Source of the DNA: Macrostomum lignano
Taxonomy: Eukaryota
Assembly: GCA_002269645.1 (NCBI GenBank)
Contig: NIVC01000022.1
Span: 248,001 to 312,000, forward strand
Direction: 5' to 3'
DNA length: 64,000 nucleotides
The notes under the pieces are model-generated. The model was not told where the DNA came from, did not search any database, and saw only the letters and a program-made list of their open reading frames with translations. Position 1 is the stretch's first letter, and each line of letters starts with the position of its first letter. The translations under genes were made by a program, and so were the position numbers. Below are positions 54,784-64,000 of this stretch, piece after piece.

Positions 54784-57700
54784 CTATTCGGCCAAGGCCG
54801 CCGGGCTCGGACGGCACCGGCGGGGTGGCAGTTGGCGGCTGGGGAAAGCAGCAGTGCGTTGGGCCGCCGGCGGAATGTCGCCAGCTGAAGAGGCGGGGTC
54901 GGCGGCAGAGTGCGCTGGGGGCGGCTCAGCGGGCAGCCGCGGCGGGCGGCCTCTTGGTCGCAGGGCCGGCGTCGGGAATGGGTCGACCGCGTCGATGACG
55001 GCTGGCTTCAGTCTGTCCACTGACACTCGGTCGCGTCGAGTGCCCAGATCCAGCAGGAAAGCTTTGGCGTCCCGCTCGAGGACCTTGAACGGGCCGTCGT
55101 AAGGTCGCTGCAGCGGAGGGCGGTGGCCGTCGCGCCGGACGAAAACGAACTGGCAGGCGTCGAGGGCGGCCGGCCAAGCTGTGGGGCGGCTGCCGTGACG
55201 GGACGTCGGCGTCGGCCGGAATGCCTGGACGGCGCCGCGGAGCCAGGCGAGGAACTGGTCGTGGTCGCCGGCCGGCGGGCTGGGCTGCAGGCACTCGCCA
55301 GGCACGCAGAGGGGCGCTCCGTAGACCAGCTCGGCCGCCGATGCCGGCAGGTCCTCCTTGGGGGCCGTCCGGATGCCGAGCAGCACCCAGGGTAGCTCGC
55401 TGACCCAGGCTGGTCCGGCCAGTCGCGTCATGAGGGAGGACTTCAGCTGCCGGTGGAAACGCTCGACCAGCCCGTTCGCCTGCGGATGGAAAGCCGTTGT
55501 CTGGTGGAGCTGCATTCCGAGGAGCCGTGAGACGTTGGACCACAGCAGCGACGTGAACTGCGAGCCGCGGTCCGAGGTGATGTCGCTTGGCACTCCAAAC
55601 CTGGCGATCCAGTGGGCGATGAAGGCGGAGGCGCACGCGGCCGCGGAGGTGTCGGTCATCGGGATCGCCTCCGGCCACCGGGTGAAACGGTCCACGATGG
55701 TCAGCAGGTGCGTGAAGCCTTGCGAAGGCGGCAGCGGCCCCACCAGGTCGACGTGCACGTGGGCGAAGCGCTGGTCCGGGACGCGGATATTGCCAACCGG
55801 GGCGGCGACGTGCCGGTGCACCTTGGCCGTCTGGCAGGCGACACAGGACCGGGCCCACCGGCTAACATCCTTGTTCATGCCGGCCCACACGAATTTGGCG
55901 GCCACGAGGCGCCGCGTGCTGCGGACGGACGGGTGGGCGAGGCCGTGGATGGCGTCGAAGACGGGGCGTCTGAAATTCGGCGGCACCAACGGGCGCGGCC
56001 GGCCTGTGGAGATGTCGCAGAGCAGGGCGACACCGGGGCTGAGCTGCAGCGGCTCAAGTTGGAGGCTGGCGTCCGCCTGACTGGCCGTATCGGCCGCCTG
56101 CGCCTGGGCCATGGACGCGAAATCCACGCCGGGGAGCAGCCGGGGCTGCACGGAAGAGATCGTGCAGCGGGACAGCGCGTCTGCGACCGAGTTGTCCTTG
56201 CCCGCCACGTGCTGGATGTTTGTGGTGAACTCGGACACGTAGGCCAGGTGGCGCTGCTGTCGGGCGGACCACGGATCGGACATCTTGGACATGGCGGCGA
56301 CCAGCGGCTTGTGGTCCGTGAAAGCGGTGAACGCGCGGCCCTCCAGGAAATAGCGAAAGTGCCGGACCGCCAGGTACAGGGCGAGCAGCTCGCGGTCGAA
56401 CGCGCTGTACTTCTGCTCGGGCGGGCGCAGCTGCCGGCTGAAGAAGGCGAGCGGCTGCCAGGCGCTGCCAACCCGCTGCTCGAGCGCTGCCCCGACCGCG
56501 GTATCGGAGGCGTCGACGGTGAGGGCGATGGGCGCGTCTGGCCGCGGGTGCGCCAGCATGGCGGCGGAGGCCAGCGCCCGCTTCGCTCCATCGAAAGCGG
56601 CGGTCAGCTCGGGCGTCCACCGGATGAACTTCTCCTTGCCGGCCATGGCCGCATGAATGGGGCGCAGCAGCTGGGCGGCGCGCGGCACGAAGCGGTGGTA
56701 GAAATTCACCATGCCGGCGAACTCCTGCAGGCCCTTGACGGTGGCTGGCGGTGCGAATCTGGCGATGGCGTCGACTTTGGCGGGCAGCGGCACGGCTCCC
56801 TGGGCGCTGATCCGGTGGCCGAGGAAGTCGATCTCGCTGCGGCCGAAGTCGCACTTGGCCGGGTTGACGATAAGGCCGTTGTCCATCAGGCGCTGAAAAA
56901 GCGTCCGCAGGTGCTCCAGGTGCTCTTGTGGGCTGTGGCTAGCGACCAGGAAGTCGTCGATGTAGGCGAAGACAAAGTCCAGGTCTTGGCAGACGGAGTC
57001 CACCAACCGCTGGAAGGCCTGGGCGGCGTTTTTGAGACCGAATGGCATTCGCAGGAACTCGAAGAGGCCGAACGGGGTGGTGACGGCGGTCTTGGGCACG
57101 TCGGCTGCGGCCACGGGCACCTGGTGGTAGCCACGAACCAGGTCGATCTTGGAGAAAACCGAGCAGCCGGCTAGGCGCACTGAGAAATCCTGGATGTGCG
57201 GCACCGGGTAGCGGTCGGGCACCGTGGCGTCGTTTAGCCGCCTGAAATCGCCGCAGGGCCGCCAGCCACCGGAGGCTTTTGGGACCATATGCAACGGCGA
57301 GGACCAAGGGCTGTTGGACCGGCGAACGATGCCGAGTTGCTCCAGGAGCCGGAACTCCTCTTTGGCCACCGCCAGCTTGTCCGGCGGCAGGCGGCGAGGG
57401 CGGGCATGGACCGGCGGGCCCTGCGTCGGGATGTGGAGCTCCACCCCGTGTCGTGGCTCAGCCCGCTGGAAACTGGGCTCGGTGAGGGCGGGGAACTCGG
57501 CCAACAGCTGGCTGTACGGGTCCGCAGCGGCGGCTGCGGCGAGTTGCAGTCCGGGCCCCGCGCCGTCCAGCAGGTGCACGCTGGCGAGCGAGCGGGCGTC
57601 CAGGAGGCGCCGGTGCGGCAGGTCCACCAGCAGGCCGTGGTGCCGCAGAAAGTCGGCGCCGATCAGCGGGCGGGAGACCTCGGCCAGAAGGAACGGCCAG

Positions 57701-57954
57701 GAGCAGCGCCAGATGCCGAGGTCCAACGTGAGCTGGCGGGTGCCGAAGGTTCGGATGAGGCTGCCGTTGGCTGCGAAAAGCGGCGGGCCTGGCGAGTGCA
57801 GGCGGGCGTCGGAACCGGCGACGGGGAAAATGCTGACCTCGGCGCCGGTGTCGACCAGGAAACGCCGGCCCGTCTGCACATCCGGGATGAGGAGCAGGCT
57901 GCTGGTGTTGCCGGCCGTCGAGCTGTTCACTGACGGCCGGCCTGCCCGTTTCCC
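54784..57954 (-). CDS. pol: Gypsy Pol (protease-RT-RNase H-integrase), reached by -1 frameshift
   Basis: FLVDTGA protease; [11 protein letters not shown] and YIDD RT; VDASD RNase H; H-H-C-C zinc finger and HVDLVG/SDRGSQF/NGLVER integrase core. The PR-RT-RH-IN order indicates Ty3/Gypsy. Confidence 0.95.
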   Translation of the reverse strand, partial: GKRAGRPSVNSSTAGNTSSLLLIPDVQTGRRFLVDTGAEVSIFPVAGSDARLHSPGPPLFAANGSLIRTFGTRQLTLDLGIWRCSWPFLLAEVSRPLIGADFLRHHGLLVDLPHRRLLDARSLASVHLLDGAGPGLQLAAAAAADPYSQLLAEFPALTEPSFQRAEPRHGVELHIPTQGPPVHARPRRLPPDKLAVAKEEFRLLEQLGIVRRSNSPWSSPLHMVPKASGGWRPCGDFRRLNDATVPDRYPVPHIQDFSVRLAGCSVFSKIDLVRGYHQVPVAAADVPKTAVTTPFGLFEFLRMPFGLKNAAQAFQRLVDSVCQDLDFVFAYIDDFLVASHSPQEHLEHLRTLFQRLMDNGLIVNPAKCDFGRSEIDFLGHRISAQGAVPLPAKVDAIARFAPPATVKGLQEFAGMVNFYHRFVPRAAQLLRPIHAAMAGKEKFIRWTPELTAAFDGAKRALASAAMLAHPRPDAPIALTVDASDTAVGAALEQRVGSAWQPLAFFSRQLRPPEQKYSAFDRELLALYLAVRHFRYFLEGRAFTAFTDHKPLVAAMSKMSDPWSARQQRHLAYVSEFTTNIQHVAGKDNSVADALSRCTISSVQPRLLPGVDFASMAQAQAADTASQADASLQLEPLQLSPGVALLCDISTGRPRPLVPPNFRRPVFDAIHGLAHPSVRSTRRLVAAKFVWAGMNKDVSRWARSCVACQTAKVHRHVAAPVGNIRVPDQRFAHVHVDLVGPLPPSQGFTHLLTIVDRFTRWPEAIPMTDTSAAACASAFIAHWIARFGVPSDITSDRGSQFTSLLWSNVSRLLGMQLHQTTAFHPQANGLVERFHRQLKSSLMTRLAGPAWVSELPWVLLGIRTAPKEDLPASAAELVYGAPLCVPGECLQPSPPAGDHDQFLAWLRGAVQAFRPTPTSRHGSRPTAWPAALDACQFVFVRRDGHRPPLQRPYDGPFKVLERDAKAFLLDLGTRRDRVSVDRLKPAVIDAVDPFPTPALRPRGRPPRLPAEPPPAHSAADPASSAGDIPPAAQRTAAFPSRQLPPRRCRPSPAALAE
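57910..57954 (-). promoter_or_regulatory. -1 programmed ribosomal frameshift signal
   Basis: Slippery heptamer G GGA AAC (57948-57954) in the gag frame, a 6-nt spacer, then a perfect 10-bp stem GCCGGCCGTC/GACGGCCGGC with a 12-nt loop containing the gag stop. Confidence 0.85.
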
Positions 57955-58637
57955 TGGAAGCTGCACGGGAGTTCACAGCGGCGGGCTTTCGCACCGAAAC
58001 GACGGTGAAAGAAACACAGGCCGTCGTCCGGGCGGTGCTGCTGGGGCCGTCTCTGTCTGGCGCCCTTGCTGGCCGCAAAGACTGCCGGCTGGACTTGCTG
58101 GGCTGGGTCTGCCGCCGGCTGCTGGACGGAGGCCGCCACCAGCTGCGGCCGGCTGGCCCAGAGCTTGTCTGCCTCCTGCGCTGCTGCCCGGGGGTCCGCG
58201 AAACTGACGGTTGTCATGGCCATACGTACTTCCGGTGGCAGCTGCTGGCGGAACAGCTCCTCGAACAGCAGGCAGGGGCGGTGGTTCCCCAGCAGGGCGA
58301 GCATCTCGTCCATCAGCTCGGAAGGCCGCCGGTCGCCGAGGCCGGAAATGCTGAGCAGGCGACTGGCCCGCTGCTGAGGAGTCAAATCGAAAGTGCTGTT
58401 GAGGCGCTCCTTTAGCTGAGCGTACTTGTTCGCCTCCGGAGGAGCCTCGAGCACATCGAGCAGGCGCTCTGCTGTCTGCTGGTCAAGAGCTGCGACCAGA
58501 TGGGCGTACTTGGTCTCGTCCTGAGTGATGCCTCTCAGGGTTAACTGAGCTTCGGCCTGGATGAACCAGGCTCGAGGCTGGGCCGCCCAAAACGTGGGCA
58601 GCTTCAGGGACACAGCAGAGTCGGTTTGTTGGGCCAT
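57927..58637 (-). CDS. gag: Gypsy Gag (236 aa)
   Basis: [32 protein letters not shown]... with a C-terminal C-H-C-C motif ([19 protein letters not shown]). Confidence 0.9.
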   Translation of the reverse strand: MAQQTDSAVSLKLPTFWAAQPRAWFIQAEAQLTLRGITQDETKYAHLVAALDQQTAERLLDVLEAPPEANKYAQLKERLNSTFDLTPQQRASRLLSISGLGDRRPSELMDEMLALLGNHRPCLLFEELFRQQLPPEVRMAMTTVSFADPRAAAQEADKLWASRPQLVAASVQQPAADPAQQVQPAVFAASKGARQRRPQQHRPDDGLCFFHRRFGAKARRCELPCSFQGNGQAGRQ

Positions 58638-59212
58638 TGCACGAAATGGCTGCGTAGGGCTCACCAATGAAGCGGCTTGCGAGTGGAAGCTTGAAAAGCA
58701 GCAAGCGAGCAAAAGATCTTGTGTATATTTGTTTAAGCATAGTCTTTATACTTGAGAGAATAGGGAGGTGTGAGTCAGAGCGAACTGGCTGGCTGGGCAA
58801 AACTCCCCAGCAGCCAGGCGTGCAGGGGCCTGTGCACAGGCGGGCCCCGCTCTCAACCGTGCACCAGTCTGGTCGCCACAGTACACAATTTAGGCGTACA
58901 GGACAGAGCAATTAAGGGAGACTGGGAGAGAGCGCAAAAACGGGTTGGTGCCCGACCGGTCATTAAACCACCGTAAACGTCACCCGGTTCGCTAACGGGT
59001 AATGCATGTGTGAGCAGCAGCCGGGAGCAGTCCCCACGATTGATTGCAGCTCTGCCTTGTTAAAAAGTGCATGCATCTACACATGTGATTGTTGTAACGT
59101 CGAAAAGCATATTACAAGGTCAAAATTCACAACGTCGAATACTTTAGCAAGGGACTTCATAAGCTCGAAATTTCACATCGAAAACTGAAAGTACAAGAAC
59201 TATGAGTAGTCA

Positions 59213-59417
59213 CAGTGGCGGCACAGCACCTCCAGTTGGGAGGGGGCGGTTTGTTGGTTGGTCACCCCCTGCAGCTACCCCCTACCCCTACGAGAAAAAA
59301 GTTTATCGTGGCCTTGCGCATACTTTCAGAATTTTTTGTTAAAGGGATGGTCACCCCTTGCGGGGGTTACCGGTGGTCACCCGGGGGCTACAGCCCCCGC
59401 CCCCTGCGCCGCCACTG
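59213..59417. mobile_element. Small MITE-like element with CAGTGGCGGC termini (hAT-like), nested in an outer inverted repeat
   Basis: 14-bp TIR with 1 mismatch (CAGTGGCGGCACAG / CTGCGCCGCCACTG); no TSD found. Outer ~50-bp inverted arms at ~59129-59179 and ~59418-59469. Confidence 0.5.
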
Positions 59418-60179
59418 GTTGTGAAATTTCGACCTTTATGAAGTCCCTTGCTAAAGTTTTCGACGTTGCAAAAGTTCGTTTGTGAAACACTTATAAATCA
59501 TATGGCAATCGAGATATATCTACTGTTTAATAAAGTAAAATATTTTTAGTGGCTAAAATAGTTAAAAAATATAAAATGCTTTGTTTTACTCAAGAAAATA
59601 CAAAAGCAAAATTTTAACTTATAATTTTTTACCGGTTTAACACATAGCTGTACACCAGCAATATTATTTTTCCAGGTATCAACTATAGCCAGTGCTGAAT
59701 TTTATCAGATTAGTAACCCGATGATCGTACGCTGCTTCTATACGTCTGTATGACTGTCTGTATTAAAACTGCAGTTTTTTGACTCAATATCGACACAGCA
59801 GCACAGCACCGGCAGATGCATCAACTATCATCCAAACTATTACTAGGCCTATCACAATCACGTCACGGTCACGCTGAAGTTGAAAGGATAGGCTTCTGTA
59901 AGGCGCTCTATTAGTGGCATATTAGTTTTCGTCTTTAATCTAAATGTAAGCTAGCTACATATTTTTTTGAACAGTTTAAATATATTGAGACCTGTGCTTG
60001 TTTGTTGTTATTAATTAGGCGATCACATGTGAATCGTGATTAGTAGGCCTAATACTAGTCTTGCCCTTAGAACTATTCTAGATAGATTCTCATTTGACAC
60101 GACAATCAAAAATTAACTCTTGCATCCATTTACACGAAATATTTAAAACAATCACAATTTATTGTTTCTCTGGCCTATT

Positions 60180-60234
60180 ATGGAGTCAGAAAAGTCTGCT
60201 GTTGCACCTAGTATTGATGATACTAATAAAAATG
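60180..60234 (+). CDS. Possible first coding exon of an unidentified downstream gene (MESEKSAVAPSIDDTNKN...)
   Basis: ATG followed by an open 55 nt ending at a perfect G|GTAAGT donor; no homology recognised and no downstream exon identified. Confidence 0.2.
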
Positions 60235-62627
60235 GTAAGTATTCATTTAATAAATAAATAATAATAGGGCCTAATGAATTAGGCCTAATGCCCTAATATT
60301 CCTAATAATAATAATTTAGAAAATAGGCAAACTATATCCCATAGTTTGGATCGTGTATTAGTGTACATCAGGTCCAGTGCAGTGGGAGAAAATGTATAGG
60401 ACCACATTGGTATGCTGGGACAAAAAAGTTTTCAATTATTTATGCATTAATGTTATATGTAATACTAACTCACAGTTTGCTACCCACCTTTCACCTTCCA
60501 CTTTTGATTCATTTTTTAAAATCATTGTGACTATTGGCTGTATATTCTTTGTTTGTTTATCTATAGACTATACTAATTTCTACTAATCTACAGTCTCCAT
60601 TCTGAAAGTAGGCCTAACCATAACTGCTGATAGAAATTAGTTTTTATAAGATTATATATTTTCCATGGAGATGTTTGATAACTTGCTGAATTTTTAATTT
60701 AAGCTTAATCATACATGGGCAAAAATCAGCCAAGTTAGCTGATTTGGCTGACCAATTTGGCAGCCAACCAAGGTAAGTTGCTAAAATTCCCACTCAAATA
60801 AATGCTGAAGTAGCAATAAGTAGATGATGAGGCATTTTGCCTTAATAAGACAGTCATAATTATTCCTACCATTTACCCAAAGTTGCATTAATTTTGCTTT
60901 AGGTTTCTTTTATATGTAAGTTGCATTTTTGGCCAAAAATGATGTCATATTTTTTTGCTAAAACTAAGTCAAATGGCTGACCAAATTTTGGAAGTTGCAC
61001 ATGTATGAGCTTTATTAAAATTTACTTTTAACTTTAAGACCCTCCCCATAAATGGGTCTTAGAATTTATCTACCTTATCTTCAATAGACTCCCATTGCCT
61101 CTAATGAAGCTTAGGTAGGTAAAATCAATCCCTATGAAGATTCTCTCAACCTAAAAACCTTCCATTCCTTATGCCCTAGTTGTTAATAGTTGTTAGCCCC
61201 CCTTGATACCCATCCCCCTTGATACCTATCTTCCACCCTGGGACCTGCCCTTCTCAGTTTAATTTTCTTCTTAATTTAATTTTCAATAGACCCCTATGCC
61301 TCTATTGAAGTGTTTAGGTACATAAAATCTAACCCCATAAATATTCTCCCAACCCTAAAACCTCCCATTCCCCATGACCTGGTGGTTGGCTTTAAGCTAT
61401 AAAAAATAAAGCTTAAATTTGATATCAACATTATTAAAAACCCATATGAAGACAAAATTATGATCCTATCAAAACTGCAACTATTTACAGTTAGCATATA
61501 CATTTTAGCATTTAAAATCATACAATTATTGTGGTATACAAATTTTGGAGTGCATGTTTATTTTACAAGTAATATAAATATTAACATTTCTTTAATTAAG
61601 GAAAATTTATAAATTCTAAAAAGTCACTGATAGTTTTTAGAATCAATAATAAATAAAATTAGTAAAATTTATTGTTAAAAACTGTATTTATATATTATTG
61701 TTTAGAGGTACAATTTTATTTTTGCTGTAAATGAAAATATTTGTAATATTATTCAAAGCACCTTTCTTACAAAAACCTTTCTTAGTAAACTCAACTTGTG
61801 AAAATAAATGACCTTTTAAGAGAAAGTTTTGTCATATATTTTAAAGAAATTTTCCTTTTTTGGCATACACTTAGCTAAGAATAAAATTCTTGTTCTGGTA
61901 TATACTACTATACAATCTAGACCCTAGTGCTAAACAAAAAACTTGAATACAGTAAATTAGTATCAAGTTAGTATCAATAAATTCTTTTAAGCCTTTGACT
62001 TACATCCCAAATTTTTAATATGAATTGTTATTCTACTAAATTCTATCCTGTTTTAGATCAACTATCAGATTATTTATTTTGTTATAGGTTTGGCATAATC
62101 TTAAAAAAAAACTAGGTGTCAATTTGGCATTGGAGGTCTAAATCCAAGATGCTAAAATGAAAGTCAAGATGCTATGGTCCATAGTTTGGAACACTATAGT
62201 ATAATGTACCCTAGAATAAAACCAATTTTTGGTGAATGCTAATTGCCAAATACATTAGGCCCTACCTTACGAAAACTTCATATTGTCAATTTTGAAATGT
62301 TACTATTGGACTAGTGATTTTGATATTTAATTTCGATTAAATGAAGTTAAAATGTTATAGTAATAATTAGATTTATATTATATTTTAGTTATAATAAAAC
62401 AAAAACAAAGTTTGCATTTTTGGTAAAATTTTAGATTAATACCTTGTAAAAAAACATAGAAAATAGTTTTGTATTAAATAGTTTTCAACCAAAAGCCCAA
62501 AATCACTTTTTGCATATCAACATATATACCAAATTTCTTGGATATACCCCAGAAATTTCTTGCATAATATATGCCTTCTTCCTGATTATGGGCCTATAAT
62601 TGTAATAGTAATATATTAATTGTAATA

Positions 62628-63456
62628 CGAGGGGTGTCCCAAAAGTTCCCAGAATGTCTAACGTAGCCCTTCAACAGAGCCATGAAATTTCACGCCCATG
62701 GTGTCAAATGAAAGGAAATTTTGTCACAAAGAATACAAAGTTAAAATCATGTTGACATCTTCTTTTTATTCAAGAGCTACAGCAAGAAACTTGCGCAAAG
62801 GTCAGGGGTAGTGTTACACAACCTCAACAATCTATGGCAATAATTTTTTCATCTCCATTTTTGGAGTTTTTCATTTTGAATTCGTGCTACTGACGTGTCA
62901 GAAAGACGTGGTAGTGTCTATGGAAAAAGCAGAAATGCTCATAAAGCTAATCTGAGCGTTTGCGCGAGTGCAGATAATTTGTACCAAGCGCTTGCTTTCA
63001 ACTTGAAATTTCTTTGCAAAAATGAGTTCTCTTCAGAGCCTTGAAAGTCAGCAAAGTCAAGTTTTTGCCCTTTGGTCAGTAGGATGGAGTGGAGCCAAGA
63101 TTTCTGACCACTTATTCTCCATCCACGGTGAGAACAGCCTGAAAAAAACTGCAATTTACGGATGGTTCGAATGCTTTAGAGATGGCCAGTCTGCTGTGAA
63201 TGAATTCAAAATGAAAAACTCCAAAAATGGAGATGAAAAAATTATTGCCATAGATTGTTGAGGTTGTGTAACACTACCCCTGACCTTTACGCAAGTTTCT
63301 TGCTGTAGCTCTTGAATAAAAAAAGATATCAACATGATTTTAACTTTGTATTCTTTGTGACAAAATTTCCTTTCATTTGACACCATGGGCGTGAAATTTC
63401 ATGGCTCTGTTGAAGAGCTACGATAGACATTCCAGGAACTTTTGGGACACCCCTCG
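62628..63456 (+). mobile_element. Non-autonomous Tc1/mariner derivative with ~255-bp terminal inverted repeats
   Basis: TA|CGAGGGGTGTCCCAAAAGTTCC ... GGAACTTTTGGGACACCCCTCG|TA. TIRs span 62628-62883 and 63202-63456. The interior holds a mariner N-terminal HTH fragment (GAKISDHLFSIHGENSLKKTAIYGWFECFRDGQSAVNE) from ATG 63038. Confidence 0.88.
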
Positions 63457-64000
63457 TATATTAACTTTAGGTTTTTAACTTAATATTTTTAAACTGAAGC
63501 AATTATTTCAACTTTTTTACATTATATTGGTTTACTTGTTTAATTTCATTAGTCAAATAAATTTGCTACTATTTAGCTAGCAGTCCTGCAGTACTACTGA
63601 TCAAATAAGCTCATTTATATCATTATTTAGCTGGATATAGTTATTTATTTGAGATAATTAAACTTAATATAAAATGATAATTATAACACATTGATTTAAT
63701 AAAGTTATAAATTATGACTTGTCTTTTAGTTTGCTTAATTGTATCTAGATTTTAAAATATTCAAGAAATTATTTAACCATTGCTTTGTTTAAAACTCTTA
63801 GCCCTAATGATTTTATTATAAATAATATATAAATTTTATATTTTAAAATTAGTGACAATCTTATTTGATTGACAGTAGAGCAAGACAACTAACTAGCTGA
63901 CTACTACTAACTAAACCACTGGTGGGGTGCAGTTCATGCTAAGAGGTAAGGTAAGGTTATATACAAGTGCCACAGGATAGGCAAGCAAAAAAGTAAGCTG

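Larger units (their letters stand above)
54550..58880 (-). mobile_element. Full-length Ty3/Gypsy LTR retrotransposon (4331 bp)
   Basis: Identical 213-bp LTRs (54550-54762 and 58668-58880; TG...CA), 4-bp TSD GTAC (54546-54549 and 58881-58884), PBS TGGTGAGCCC (58657-58666, minus), PPT GGGGGGGAGCTC (54763-54774, minus), and intact gag and pol. Confidence 0.97.

Noticed and set aside
54854-58415. Long plus-strand ORFs (e.g. 520 aa at 55612-57174) antisense to Gypsy pol
   Set aside because: Shadow ORFs expected from GC-rich codon usage; no recognisable domain.

Overview
Eukaryotic (animal) genomic DNA with GC-rich exons, GT-AG introns and tandem repeats in many introns. This style resembles the flatworm Macrostomum lignano, but that assignment is inference only. 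Three host genes were reconstructed by hand with consistent splice phases. (1) An NCX/SLC8A-type Na+/Ca2+ exchanger on the minus strand, start 16319, running off the left edge. (2) 4-hydroxyphenylpyruvate dioxygenase (HPD) on the plus strand, 22174-25042, with a probable ATG-only first exon at 17518-17520. (3) A 9-exon, ~1195-aa minus-strand receptor (27027-40380) with two tandem class-C-GPCR-like Venus flytrap domains, one TM helix and a Pro-rich tail with Tyr motifs, but no 7TM, kinase or cyclase domain; this is the most unusual item. Mobile DNA includes a 5'-truncated LOA/R1-like LINE with RNase H (TAATG ORF1/ORF2 junction, 12-bp TSD), a 5'-truncated RTE-like LINE, an intact 4.33-kb Ty3/Gypsy element (identical LTRs, canonical -1 frameshift signal), an 11-kb head-to-tail array of four non-autonomous Helitron-like units, a mariner derivative with ~255-bp TIRs, and small MITE/foldback structures. 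The long ORFs at 14-6728, 10435-12678, 34337-35071, 36814-37876, 38110-39627 and 43619-53229 are artefacts of repeats.
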